NCBI GenBank assembly: GCA_951406725.2
Contig: OX597837.1
Coordinates: 24,118,001 to 24,182,000 of the forward strand
Source: Octopus vulgaris
Taxonomy: Eukaryota
Direction: 5' to 3'
Length of the DNA stretch: 64,000 nt
Position numbers and translations under genes: made by a program. Of the stretch, positions 1-16,866 are shown in pieces; the first letter of the stretch is position 1; each line of letters starts with the position of its first letter. The notes under the pieces were generated by a model. The model made no database searches. It saw only the letters and a program-made list of their open reading frames with translations, and was not told the DNA's origin.

Positions 1-379
1 TAGGAAACGAGGATGGTAATTTTCATGCTTTTCAGGTGTGAATTTGCAGCGAATGGCTCAAGTCGGGAATCGAAAGCAGTTCGTAAACCCAACTTGAGAG
101 AAGCAAAATTAGAAAGTGACGAACAGTCAGTCATATGGCTGGCCTGAGAGCACGGAGGAGGGAAGGAAGCTAGGTATTTTATTTTTCGATCCGAATCGAC
201 CCTGAAAAATTTAAGTACCATGTTGACCTCGGCGGTATTTGAATCAAAATGAATGAATACCTAAAGGCATTCTATCCGAAGTTCTAATGACTGTTAATTA
301 ATTCAGCTGAAGAAAAAACTGCACCAATGGTCTTTGCAGACCCATCGAAATCCTGAGATCGACACAGTAAACGCTCTTC

Positions 380-1740
380 TTCAGCAATTACTCGACTTTT
401 GAAGGAAAAGTGTTTTCAAGAGACCGAACTGCTGGGAAGAAAGGAAGGGTTGGTGTGCGGTTTAGTACAGAGCCTAGAAAATAGACATAACATGAATGAT
501 GAAAGATTTCGTGCAGGTCAAGCTGAAGGTGATACGAGACAATCTAGTTACGAGGAGCAGAGACGGCAGTGGAGTCGCAATGGCCCAGTGGTTAAGGCAG
601 CGGACTCGCGGTCAGAGGATCGCGGTTTCGATTCCCAGACCGGGCGTTGTGTGTGTTTATTGAGCGAAAACACCTAAATCTCCACGAGGCTCCGGCAGGG
701 GGTGGTGGCGACCCCTGTTGTACTCTTTCGCCCCAACTTTCTCTTACTCTTTCTTCCTGTTTCTTGTCCCCGACTTCCTATGCAACTGCTGAGCCTGGAT
801 GCGCATTCATCCATCCGTCGATGCTCTCGGTGTTGGGGGTTGACCTGCTTACTCTTCTGCGGGTCTTACGAATAGCAAAGGACTGCTCAACAGCAACAGC
901 AGAGACGGCAGTATTACCAGTAGAAAAGGCCGAGACAAGAGACAGTTCGTCTGAAAGCCAGACACATACGATGTCATGTCGACAATGTGCAATTACCAGA
1001 AGAGATCCTCAATGATATCGAGGCTTATCATTTGAACGATTTTGCATGTTCTAATTGCGCACAGCTTGATTTTAGGTGTGGCGCTGGAGTATAATAACGT
1101 TTGTCTATGGGCAGTAGTTGTGTTGAAAAAGATAATGGTTCGACTCTATTGGAGGATGTTATCGAGGTCTATGCTCATGAAGTTATTGCACATTTGGCTT
1201 GAGATGTCTAAGCTGCATAAGAGAGAGAAAAGTCTAGAAACGGAATATTTGAGTGGAATAAACAGTGGTATTAACTGCATAAGAATGACTGTTGCTGCAG
1301 ATGAGAGCAAATAGTTCTTTGTCGTATAGAAAAGAGCAGGAGCAAAACAGAACCTTGGGGGACATCCGAGTTAAGTGAATATGTTTCAGAAAGAGAGGGG
1401 CGGGATTCATCAGCTGATACTTGATGGTACAATTTGCCCGGAACCCCTGTTGCATGAGATAAGAGACAGGTTGAGCCAGTAGGTGGGCAATTTTGCCAGA
1501 CACAATTAAAAAATATTTTTAATGTCGAAGGCATCAATATTGCTTTCAGCAAATTTCTCGAAGGCAAGGACCCATTGGTAAGAAACACAGACCATTGGTT
1601 CCTTAGTAGGTTTGCCTTTACGGTATCCATACTGGCTGTTATTAAGGAGGGTTTGAGATCCCATACTGTCTCCATTACCTTTCTGATGTAATCCTGCAGT
1701 ACAGAATTACATTTGTCAGGGTTAGAGGGCAGCACTTGTG
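380..1740 (-). mobile_element. Decayed LINE 3' fragment (RT domain, L2/Crack/CR1 group), interrupted by a SINE
   Basis: Minus-strand DVPQGSVL, a degenerate YADD (HSYAVNTTVYS) and the C-terminal VSCLGLFYW*YCRLCSS*L motif. Many stops and frameshifts. Confidence 0.7.
571..897 (+). mobile_element. tRNA-derived SINE (family A head/body, variant tail)
   Basis: A box TGGCCCAGTGG, B box GGTTTCGATTCC. 15-bp TSD agcagagacggcagt at 556-570 and 898-912. Confidence 0.85.
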
Positions 1741-1784
1741 GAAATGGAAAATATTCTAACGTGTTTTAAAATATATACATGTAT

Positions 1785-2207
1785 AGGCGCAGGAGTGGCT
1801 GTGTGGTAAGTAGCTTGCTAACCAACCACATGGTTCCGGGTTCAGTCCTACTGCGTGGCATCTTGGGCAAGTGTCTTCTGCTATAGCCCCGGGCCGACCA
1901 ATGCCTTGTGAGTGGATTTGGTAGACGGAAACTGAAAGAAGCCTCTCGTATATATGTATGTATATATGTGTATGTATGTGTATGTATGTGTGTTTGTGTG
2001 TGTGTGTTTGTCCCCCTAGCATTGCTTGACAACCGATGCTGGTGTGTTTACGTCCCCGTCACTTAGCGGTTCGGAAAAAGAGACCGATAGAATAAGTACT
2101 GGGCTTACAAAGAATAAGTCCCGGGGTCGATTTGCTCGACTAAAGGCGGTGCTCCAGCATGGCCGCAGTCAAATGACTGAAACAAGTAAAAGAGAGAAAA
2201 AAGAGTA
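1785..2207 (+). mobile_element. tRNA-derived SINE family C (internal TA/TG microsatellite, tail ...GACTGAAACAAGTAAAAGAG)
   Basis: Near-identical copies recur throughout the window, e.g. 5165-5588, 26125-26520, 37965-38365, 40290-40683, 45705-46129, 46553-46959, 63230-63590. Confidence 0.85.
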
Positions 2208-2550
2208 ATTCCACTTTTACAATCGTAGAAGGTTCTATAATTAAAACGAATTATATTTGTGTGTGTGTGTTCGTGTGTATATGTGTATGTGTATATGTAT
2301 GTATTATATATGTAAATATGCTTAGCGGCATTTCGTCCGTCTTTACAGCCCGAGTTCATCCTCTGTCGAGGTCGACTTTACCTTTTATACTTTCGGGGTT
2401 GATGAAATAAGTACCAGTTCAGCTCAGGGTTCGATATAATCGTCTATCCTCCTCCCCACAAATTTCAGGCCTTGTATCAATAGTAGAAAGGATTGTATGT
2501 ATGTATGTATGTATGTATGTATGTATGTATGTATGTATGTATGTATCTGT

Positions 2551-2589
<39 letters not shown>

Positions 2590-2939
2590 TGTGTGTGTAT
2601 ATGTATGTATTATACGTATATGTATTATGCTGTGGGGCGGTTATCTCCCCTGCCAGTATATGGAAATTTGCTTCCTTTGGCTCTGAGGGCATTTGAGCAA
2701 TGTCGATGCTATCCTGCATCCTCAGTCACAACTAGTGACAATTGAATTTTTCCTTTTTTGGTTTTATATTGCGTACAGTCACTTTCATCATTTCGCGCGT
2801 GTGTGTGTATAAAATCGAAGGCTACCTTCCACTTTTTCTATCCAAAATAAGGTTTTAAACCCCAAAGGATCTGTAGTTTGCTTGCTGGTAATAATAATAA
2901 TAACGAAATTATTGTATACAGTGCTCAGGTGCACCACAA

Positions 2940-3200
2940 CAAAATAAATGCGCCCCTTTTTTTAAAGCCTAGTCAGGCTCATGGGCCCGGTTTCCCGGTT
3001 TCCATGGCGTATTTGTTCCCCAGCTGGACGGGACGCCAGTCCATCGCAGCATTACTCATTTTTGCCAGCTGTGTGGACTAGAGCAACGTGAAATGAAGTG
3101 TTTTGCTCAAGAACACAACGCGTCGCCCGGTTCAGGAATCGAAACCACAATCTTACGATCATGATGCTGACACCCTAACCACTGAGCCACGCGCCTCCAC
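2940..3200 (-). mobile_element. tRNA-derived SINE, body B with tail 2
   Basis: Minus strand GTGGAGGCGCGTGGCTCAGTGG...GGTTTCGATTCC, then a core TTGTGTTCTTGAGCAAAACAC and a tail GACTGGCGTCCCGTCCAG shared with 18173-18468. Confidence 0.75.
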
Positions 3201-3556
3201 GATGTGATGCTTGCAATTTCGGTTGGATCGGGACCTTATGGGCGTTAGAGAATAGGAACGAGAATTTTCGAGCTTGTTTAATTTCACTTTGCGCTATCGA
3301 GGTAGTGTAAGGGGATTAGGGGGATATCAACGCGCAGCTAGGTCAAGGTAACCCCCTGCCAGGAGACTGGTTCAGGTGCGTGTCTATACTAAATATCATT
3401 TAATTTATCTATCTATCTGTGTGTGTGTGTGTGTGTGTGTATGTGTCTATCTGCCTGTCCGTCTATCTGCCTGTTTGTCTGTCTGTCTGTCTGTTTGTCT
3501 GTCTGCCTGTCTGTATATCAGTATTTCTTTTAATCTATTTGTGTCAGTCTGTCCGT

Positions 3557-3972
3557 CTATATGTGTGTGTGTGTATAAAGTGTGTGTATATATAAAGTGT
3601 GTGTGTATGTGTATGTGTATATAAAGTGTACGTGTGTGTGTATGTGTTGTGTTATAAAGTGTGTGTGTGTGTATGTGTATATAAAGTGTATGTGTGTGTG
3701 TATGTGTATATAAAGTGTATGTGTGTGTGTATGTGTATGTATATATAAAGTGTGTGTGTGTGTATGTGTATATAAAGTGTATGTGTGTGTGTGTATGTGT
3801 GTGTGTATATAAAGTGTGTGTGTGTATGTGTATGTGTTATAAATGTGTGTGTGTGTATGTGTATATAAAGTGTATGTGTGTGTGTGTATGTGTATATAAA
3901 GTGTATGTGTGTGTGTATATGTATGTGTATATAAAGTGTATGTGTGTGTGTATGTGTATATAAAGTGTGTGT
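3557..3972 (+). repeat. ~28-30-bp minisatellite (ATAAAGTGTATGTGTGTGTGTATGTGTAT)n
   Basis: Periodic ATAAAG landmarks within TG/TATG repeats. Confidence 0.85.
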
Positions 3973-4082
3973 GAGCGAGAAAGTGAGTGCGTGTCACAGA
4001 CCTTTCGTGCTGGCATGTGCGCATTAGGGGACTTCTTAAAACAAACATCTGGTATATGATACCATATACACGCAAACTCGCG

Positions 4083-4127
<45 letters not shown>

Positions 4128-4391
4128 GAACCCACATACCTGTGCATAGACACATAAATAGGTACACGCATAACTTAGTTACGTGATGAAATTCATTTTT
4201 TTGTTTTCAGTTAAACACGCATGCAACATATACATATACAGATTTACACACACGAACACACAGACGCATATGGCTGTACGTATATACTTATATAGATATC
4301 TGTGTGTGTATGCGTGCATGTACACACACACCAGCATGGCCATAACCTCTGGCTGAAACCAATTAAAGAATAAAATGAAAGAACATATGTG

Positions 4392-4428
<37 letters not shown>

Positions 4429-4504
4429 TCATATCACACACTCACACACAAACATACGCACACACATATATACGCACAAATATATGTATATGTACATATA
4501 TCTA

Positions 4505-4539
<35 letters not shown>

Positions 4540-5164
4540 TTACACATATATATATTTACACATATACATATATACATTCTTATATATGCACACATATATA
4601 TATATATATATATACATACATACATATATATATATATACTCATAAATATATGTACATATATGTGTGTGTGTATGTACATATGTACATGTGTATGTATATA
4701 TATATATACACACACACACATACTTATACACACACACACGCATACTTATACACACACACACATACTTATACACACACACACACACACATGCACAAACACG
4801 AATATAGTTACGTGATAACATTTTCTTTCGTTTATTTTGCTTTTCTCTGAATCCAGTAAAACCAGCTGAAAAACAAAAAGTTCGTCAATAATCCTCTTTT
4901 GTGCAATTCTGATGTACATTGAAGAGTTGCAGTGGCACTGTGAACATTCGTAGTTGTTTAAGCCCCAGGTTAGACCTTATCTAGCAGACCTATGGTCGAA
5001 GGTATTCCAAACGTGACCTTCCCGTCTTTTCGGAATATTTTGGACTGCGTTATCTTTTTATTTATTATTATTTGTTTCATTAGACTGGTGCTTTGCCTCA
5101 CATGGTCACTTATCCCCCTCCCCACAATTTCCTGTCCAAAACCATACGACGGGCTTCTTTCAGT

Positions 5165-5692
<528 letters not shown>

Positions 5693-6053
5693 TTGCAAGG
5701 AAAGAAACCGAGGCCCTGCGTAAAAGGGGAAATATTATAAGGATAAAGTGAGATACTAGTCGAAATAGGGACAGTAAACAGGGAAGAGATGGAAAGAGAA
5801 AGGGTTAAGAAGTTAAAAACGTAATCAGGCAGTGTAAGATTTTTAAAAAAGCCCTATCTCGTAGGGAATTAAAAGTAATCGTTGAGTTGAAATCTTCAAA
5901 AACAGAAATATGAAAACCATATTCTGATAAAAATATACTAAAATTGGAATTTTTGAGAATTTTGTAGATAATGTAGACTTTGATACTTGCTTTCTTTTAG
6001 TAAAAGCTACATATTCATAGCTACTTAAAAAGTATCTTTCTTCATCATTATAT

Positions 6054-6280
6054 CAGTGGTTCCCAAACTATGAGTCGCGACCCACAGATGGGTCGCGAAC
6101 GGAATCTTAGTGGGTCGCAAAAAATTATAAAATTACGCATTAGCTTTGATCAACTGCTGTCTATCGAGATACTCAGTAGAGTTAAGTGGGTCGTCATAAA
6201 CTGGTGTGATAAATAGTGGGTCGTCATAAACTGGTGTGATAAATAGTGGGTCGCGACTCTAAAAAGTTTGGGAACCACTG
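6054..6280. mobile_element. hAT (Charlie-like) MITE
   Basis: 16-bp TIRs CAGTGGTTCCCAAACT / AGTTTGGGAACCACTG. Subterminal GGGTCGC motifs and an internal 30-bp tandem duplication. Confidence 0.8.
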
Positions 6281-6557
6281 CTATAGATACTGACATTAAT
6301 TAGAACTGGTTTAGAAGATTTTGACATTTTGACGCTTGGGATATAGAGACATACGAGGCAATCTTTTGGTGGTGATGTTGGTAGTGGCAGTGGTGTTGTT
6401 TGGCGGTGATTGTGGAGGAGGTGATGGGCGTCGTCGTTGTCGCTATGTATAGGTGTTAGGAATTAAAAGAACTCCAAACGCTGGGGTGCCAGTCGTCGGC
6501 GCTTGTGATGGTAAGGCGGTGTAGCGCAATGACATGTGGCGGTATGTTACTGCGTTA

Positions 6558-6960
6558 AGGCGGCGAGCTGGCAGAAACGTTAGCACGCCGGGCGAAATGC
6601 GTAGCCGTATTTCGTCTGCCGTTACGTTCTGAGTTCAAATTCCGCCGAGGTCGACTTTGCCTTTCATCCTTTCGGGGGTCGATTAAATAAGTACCAGTTA
6701 TGCACTGGGGTCGATATAATCGACTTAATCTGTTTGTCTGTCCTTGTTTGTCCCCTCTGTGTTTAGCCCCTTGTGAGTAGTAAAGAAATGGGTATTTCGT
6801 CTGCTGTTACGTTCTGAGTTCAAATTCCGCCAAGGTCGACTTTGCCTTTCATCCTTTCGGGGTCGATTAAATAAGTACCAGTTATGCACTGGGGTCGATG
6901 TAATCGACTTAATCCGGTTGTCTGTCCTTGTTTGTCCCCTCTGTGTTTAGCCCCAAAGAA
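6558..6960 (+). mobile_element. tRNA-derived SINE family D, head plus two body units
   Basis: GGCGGCGAGCTGGCAGAAACGTTAGC head, GAGTTCAAATTCC B box, GTCGACTTTGCCTTTCATCCTTTCGGGGTCGAT core. The body is repeated. Confidence 0.85.
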
Positions 6961-6962
6961 AT

Positions 6963-7356
6963 GGATGGATGGAAGCACTCCGTCGGTTACGACGATGAGG
7001 GTTCCGGTTGATCCGGATCAACGGAACAGCCTGCTCGTGAAATTAACGTGTAAGTGGCTGAGCACTCCACAGACACGTGTACCCTTAACGTAGTTCTCGG
7101 GGATATTCAGCGTAACACAGAGAGTGACAAGGCCGGCCCCTTGAAATACAGGTACAATAGAAACAGGAAGTAAGAGTGAGAGAAAGTTGTGGTGAAAGAG
7201 TACAGCAGGGATCACCACCATCCCCTGCCGGAGCCTCGTGGAGCTTTTAGGTGTTTTCGCCCAATAAACACTCACAACGCCCGGTCTGGGAATCGAAACC
7301 GCGATCCTACGACCGCGAGTCCGCTGCCCTAACCACTGGGCCATTGCGCCTCCACC
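6963..7356 (-). mobile_element. SINE family A (tRNA-Arg-like head; resembles octopus OR-type SINEs), nested in a family D tail
   Basis: Full-length reverse copy of 19002-19383, flanked by aaagaaat on both sides. Confidence 0.9.
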
Positions 7357-8359
7357 AGTAAAGAAATAGGTATGTTATTGCGTGAACGAGCAGTGTGTGG
7401 GTATAATGTCGTATGGTGGAATGGCTGAACAGTAGAATGTGCCACTTTAAATTTACATCCTTTTCTCGAAAAAACTTTGTTTTCAGTTTTAAAAAATACA
7501 AATATAATAATAATAAATATCCAAATGGCTTTGTAGCCTCGAGTATTAAGGTTTATGTCGTCGGATTATGCGATTAACGGGAATTTTGTTGAAAGGGTAT
7601 TAGGAAGGTTTCTGAATCTACATAGCAAAATAGTTCAGCCCATGCACACGTCATCGCCGCCAGCACTGCTGTCCTTCACCCCTCTGTTCGTGTCCCCGCC
7701 CTGTTGTCTTTACTACCGCGATCACCCCCACCTCTCCCTACATCTGTTTTCTACTATCTCTGGCCTTGTTTCCTACCATCCTTTCCTTCGGGCATGCAAA
7801 TCCTGCACGAAGTATAAAACCTCAATGAAACAGAAGGTGTCAAGACAACTCACAAAAAAAAAAGACCAATTCTCTCCCCCTCTCCTTTCCCTTTTCAACA
7901 CACTGCAGGAAAAACATTCACCCAACACACAAAACACTCAACATAGCTAGAACCATTGCACTCCCACACAATGACTGACAATATCTGATGACACCTTACA
8001 ATAATTCATACAGTTGCGTTACGTCGTAGGATATACGTTAACCGCCCTTTCTAACTCGGCGGTGAACTGGAGACCAAAAAGAAAATTCCTAGCGTATTTC
8101 ACACGGAAATAAAATACAATGTTAAGTTAAAAATATAGAAAAGTTGTTTTTTTTAAAAAAGCTATTGCTTATTTTATTACTCTACTCTTTTACTTGTTTC
8201 AGTCATGTGTGTATGTGGATATATGTGTGTGTATGTGTGTATGTGTATGTGTGTGTATGTATATATTTTTTTGTGTATATGTGTATGTGTGGTCGTGTGT
8301 GTGTGTATATATACATGTGTGTGTGTATATGTATGTGCATGTATATGTGTATGTATATA

Positions 8360-11813
<3,454 letters not shown>

Positions 11814-11952
11814 AAAGAATAGAGTTGAAAAAAAACATACAAATTTCCACACGAAAGTACGTAACTTCAAACGTGGTCTTCTCTGATGTGAATTTGCTAC
11901 CCAGGTATCGGTTAACCGAATTATCCATAACAAGATAATTCATTCAACTACT

Positions 11953-11994
<42 letters not shown>

Positions 11995-11996
<2 letters not shown>

Positions 11997-12995
11997 GTCA
12001 CTGCTAAATTTTTTGCTAACTCTGTATAATCTTTGTTTCAGAAAATAATAATGGCAGACCCTCAGCTTACTCAAGAAATGAAGAGGCATGCTGTTATAGT
12101 GGTTATAAAGGCTGAGCATAGCGATTTAAAAATATCTAAGTTTTTAAAAGTTGACATATCTTTCGTCTACAAGGTTTGTAAGGATCTAGAGACTGAAGAT
12201 GGAAACGTGTCACTAATATCAAAAGCATAAAAAGCATTCTAAACGCTCTGAAATCATCAGAACACCTGAATTTATCCAGCAAGTTCAACAGAAGATTTAA
12301 TTTGATTTTTCTCAAACGAGAAAAACTTCGACGAAGATAAAAAAAAATTAACAGAAGAAATGACAGATGGTTATGTGCAGAGCATTCTGAAGTTCCAAGT
12401 GTTAAGCATGCAAAATTTCCTGCAACTGTCATGGTTTTAGGAGTTGTCAGCAATGGAGGACATGTGATGCCTCCTTACATCTTTCCACAAAGCCTTAGAG
12501 TTAATTCTGCCACCTACATTGAGGTCCTGGAAATGATTGTTAAGCCGCGGATAGACAGTGTATGCAATTGACGGCTATATGTGTTTCAGTAAGTCTCTGC
12601 ACTATCACACATGGCTCTAGTAACAGAGGAATGGATGGCTAAAAATGTTCATGATCATATAACCCCTAACATTTGGCCTCCTAATTCCCCAGATCTCAAT
12701 CCATTGGACTATTACATGTGGAGTGTTGTTGAGAGAGAGATCAATGAACACGCCCATAACACCAAAGATTCTTTGAAAGTTGCCATAGTGAGAGTAGTGT
12801 CCAAAATTAACCAGGACTATGTAGATGATTCGAACATGTAGATGATTTAGATCCCATATAGAAGCAGTTGTTGAAGCTGAAGGTGGCTTTATTGAATAAC
12901 ATAGAAAAGGTTTATTTTTATCCGCATAGCATTTTTTTTTATAAATAAAGTTATTATCTGTTATTATATATCTGTCTTTTTATAAACATAAATCT
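11995..12995 (+). mobile_element. Decayed Tc1/mariner DD37D (maT) transposon
   Basis: Transposase remnants FFSNEKNF...KFPATVMVLGVVS...VFQ*VSALSH...WPPNSPDLNPLDY...EAVVEAEGGFIE*. There are 37 residues between the mutated second D and the third D. Confidence 0.85.
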
Positions 12996-13189
12996 GTCGT
13001 CTGTCGTTACGTTCTGAGTTCAAATTCCGCCGAGGTCGACTTTGCCTTTCATCCTTTCGGGGTCGATAAATAAAGTACCAGTTTCGCACTGGGGTTGATG
13101 TAATCAACTTAATCCCTTTGGCTGTCCTTGTTTGTCTCCTCTATGTTTAGCCCGTTATGGGCAATAAAGAAATATCCTACGCACTCTAT

Positions 13190-13225
<36 letters not shown>

Positions 13226-13465
13226 ACATACATACACACACATAGTTATAGGGGAGTACAATCCAAAAGATTCTGGTATACGAAGTTAGTAAGTTTCAAG
13301 CATGTACACAGCAAGTACAAATGACAAGAGGTGGACAATATACGATGAAGAGTGTTTAGTAGCTGTTGTATGTTATACACTTCGTCCCAACAGGAATTTT
13401 GATCAGCTGACAATCATTATACAACTTACGGTTTAGCGACAAAAAAAGCTGCTAAATATACAAAT

Positions 13466-13854
13466 GGATGGAAGCACTCCGTCGGTTACGACGACGAGGG
13501 TTCCGGTTGATCCGAATCAACGGAACAGCCTGCTCGTGAAATTAACGTGTAAGTGGCTGAGCACTCCACAGACACGTGTACCCTTAACGTAGTTCTCGGG
13601 GATATTCAGCGTGACACAGAGAGTGACAAGGCCGGCTCTTTGAAATACAGGTACAACAGAAACAGGAAGTAAGAGTGAGAGAAAGTTGTGGTGAAAGAGT
13701 ACAGCAGGGATCACCACCATCCCCTGCCGGAGCCTCGTGGAGCTTTTAGGTGTTTTCGCTCAATAAACACTCACAACGCCCGGTCTGGGAATAGAAACCG
13801 CGATCCTATGACCGCGAGTCCGCTGCCCTAACCACTGGGCCATTGCGCCTCCAC
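13466..13854 (-). mobile_element. SINE family A, full length
   Basis: 12-bp TSD aaatatacaaat at 13454-13465 and 13855-13866. Confidence 0.9.
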
Positions 13855-14659
13855 AAATATACAAATAAAAATCCGAGAACGTAAGGAATGGAATATGTAA
13901 ATAAAGACAGTATGTTTCATAATAATATTTCCACTATCTTTATTTTGACTCTTACTGTCTTATTATTCTATATTTTTTGTTCTCGGTTATACAGTAATCC
14001 CTCGCTATATCGCGGTAAGCTTAAAGCTTACGTCGATTCGTCCGTGATGTTGTTTTGCTTTTATAATAAAATAAATATATAAGAACTAAAAAAAAATAGG
14101 CGTAGGAGTGGCTGTGTGGTAAGCAGCTTGCTTACCAACCACATGGTTCTGTGTTCAGTCCCACTGCGTGGCACCTTGGGCAAGTGTCTTCTACTATAGC
14201 CTCGGGCCGACCAAAGCCTTGTGAGTGGAACTATGTGGTTCGTAAGCAAGCTACTCACCACACAATCACTCTTCTTACCAATAGAGAAAGAGCCGGTTTC
14301 TAACCTAGATCCGAGGCTTCATCCTTCAACATCAACAACAGGATATTTTTGTTTGTTTGTATGTATGTATGTATGTATGTATGTATGTATGTATGTATGT
14401 ATGTATGTATGTATGTATGTATGTATGTATGTATGTATGTATGTAGTTGTGTTCCCGTATCGTTAGAAATAACAGTTTTATGAATTATAGAAATCGGTAC
14501 ATCTGTTCAAAGCGAAGGGTGAATCTACTGATAAATTTCTTTGTTTAAATATTTCGTCGACTGTATTTAAATAACAAAATATCACGAATAATTCTTCATA
14601 TGATTGGGCATATTACTCGCTGAAAATTATGGATCACAATGCTATATAAGCACATAGCG

Positions 14660-15170
14660 CTTTGTGGGCAAAACTTCCTTTTGTACCCCACCCAAAAAAC
14701 ACCCCTTTTTAAAATTTTTTTTTTTTTCTACACAGACCTCCGGTTTTTTTTTTGGGTTTTTTTTTGGCTACGGAGAAAACAAATCTACAAAAAAACTGGC
14801 AAAAATCGGCATTTTGAAATTACCGCCCCCACCACACACACATACACGTACACACACACAATTCTTCATTTTAAAGATTTTTTTTTTTTCAAAATATGCG
14901 GAAAAATATGGAAATTATGATTCTGAAAAATTTTCCAAAATTTTTTTTGTTAGGTTTAGGGTTTTCGGGTTAGGGTTAGGGTTAGGGTTTTAGGGTTAGG
15001 GTTAGAGTTAAGGTTTTAGGGTTACGGTTTTGGGGGGAAAGGCGGGAAGTGAGGACCGAAATTTCAAAATGCCGATTTTTGGCAATTTTCCAGAATCTCT
15101 GTATCCGAAAACGGGGGGTTTTGACAAAAAGAAAAAAATATGGAGAAAATGGGGTTTGTGTTGTTAAAAA
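14660..15170. mobile_element. Non-autonomous DNA element with internal (TTAGGG)n
   Basis: Inverted 20-mers AAAATCGGCATTTTGAAATT (~14801) and AATTTCAAAATGCCGATTTT (~15060) bracket degenerate telomeric repeats at 14950-15030. Ends are approximate. Confidence 0.5.
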
Positions 15171-16275
15171 TCAAGCTTTCACTTTTAACATTAGTTTACT
15201 GGCTTACTGAATAGTTTATTGGTAGTTATAAAAATTGAATTAAAAATGATGATACAATAATCATAAAACTATTATGAGGCCTGCTTTCAGAACAGATCCC
15301 TGAAAGCGTAAATTATTGATGAAAGACTGGTTTAATTTTCAAAAAACAAAACTTAAAACATTTTTACAAATAAATATTTGGGCTGAGATCAGTGAAGTTA
15401 TTATATGTCGGATATTTAAAGTTACACCTACTTGCAGAAAACCTCTCAGAGGGCATTTTCCTACTAATGTGTGTTGAAGATATTGCAGCATATGTAGTGT
15501 ATTAATGTATTCTAATCAATATGTCAAACGAAATTATCACCTTGTCCAACAATAAACTCAAAGTCGAAGTAGACACAGAAAATAACCTAAGGCTTCCATT
15601 ACTCAAAGGACCGTGGCTTTCACATTTATGTATTACTGAATAAAATGTTAAATAAAAATGTTCTATATAATTTTGACTGGTTTAACTTTCAAAAAACAAA
15701 ATTTAAAACATTTTTACAAATAAATATTTGGGCGCTGCGAGCAGTGAAGTTATTATATGTCGGATATTTGAAGCTGGGTGAGAACAGTGAAATTGTTGTT
15801 TCGTGAAAAATATTTATATTATAGAGGCAGATAATAAAACATGCAAATGGTAAGAGAAAACGGAATGTTATAAAGCTCAGGTTTCATAATATAAGTGAAA
15901 TGAAAATAAAATCGGTGTCATCTGATAATCGAAATCGAATCGATGACGCGGGTTATTAAGCAGGAATTTGATTTTGATTCTTACTCAACCGCGTTCGGCA
16001 CTAGATAACACTGATTGCTTACATTGTAGGGAAAGGGGATATATTTGATTGAATCTATCAGTAGTACATGCCTAGTGATTACTTTATCGAACTTGGAGAT
16101 AATAAAGTCAAATACGACTCGAGAGGAATCCAAACTCCGAAAGTAAGAGGAGGTAATTAGGAGTTATTAAAATGAAGAGAGCATCTATCTTTTAAGTCAT
16201 TAAGAAAGTAATAATTTCGTTTTGGGATTTGGTTTGCAAGATTCTTTATATGAGTTCGTGTGTTGAAGCATATTC

Positions 16276-16560
16276 TGTTGTGTCTGGGGAGAGTCATTCT
16301 CTTTTAGTGCCTTATTATTTAACACACTCACCGGTAAAATTTCCACTTATTTCTTATTTTCCTATTTTTATTTTCTAAAATTTTCGTTGCGTGTTGCAAC
16401 CTTTTCAATAGTCTTGACAATAGAGTCAAGACAATTGAAAAGGTTGCAAGACGCAATGAAAATTTTAGGAAAATAAAAATAAGAAATAAGTGGAAATTTT
16501 ACCGATGAGTGTGTTAAATAATAAGGCACTAAAAGAGAATGACTCACCCCAGACACAACA
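16276..16560. mobile_element. Fold-back inverted repeat (~140-bp arms, 6-nt spacer), probable Penelope-like remnant
   Basis: 16276-16418 is approximately the reverse complement of 16425-16560. Confidence 0.7.
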
Positions 16561-16866
16561 AACTAATAATTATTTTACTATTGTTGAAGGTGGCGAGCTG
16601 GCAGAAACGTTAGCACGCCAGGCGTACGTTCTGAGTTCAAATTCCGCTGAGGACGACTTTACCTTCCATCCTTTCGAGTTCGATAAATTAAGTATCAGTT
16701 GCGTACTAAGGTAGATGTAATCGACTGCCCCCCCCCGCCACCACCACCTCCCCAAAAATTTCGGGCTTTTTGCCTAGAGTAGAAAAGAATAATTATTGTA
16801 TTATTGTTGTTATTGATGTTGTTGTTTTTTTTTTAGATAGAATTAAGGGAGATTAAGCAGTCTTAC

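Noticed and set aside
36-172. Possible plus-strand exon (ttttcag|...|gtattt)
   Set aside because: Stops in all three frames and no partner exons seen.
13517-13720. Recurrent 67-aa ORF MVVIPAVLFHH... in several copies
   Set aside because: Incidental ORF within SINE family A.
14950-15030. True telomere or chromosome fusion site
   Set aside because: Short, degenerate, single-orientation repeats inside an inverted-repeat element.
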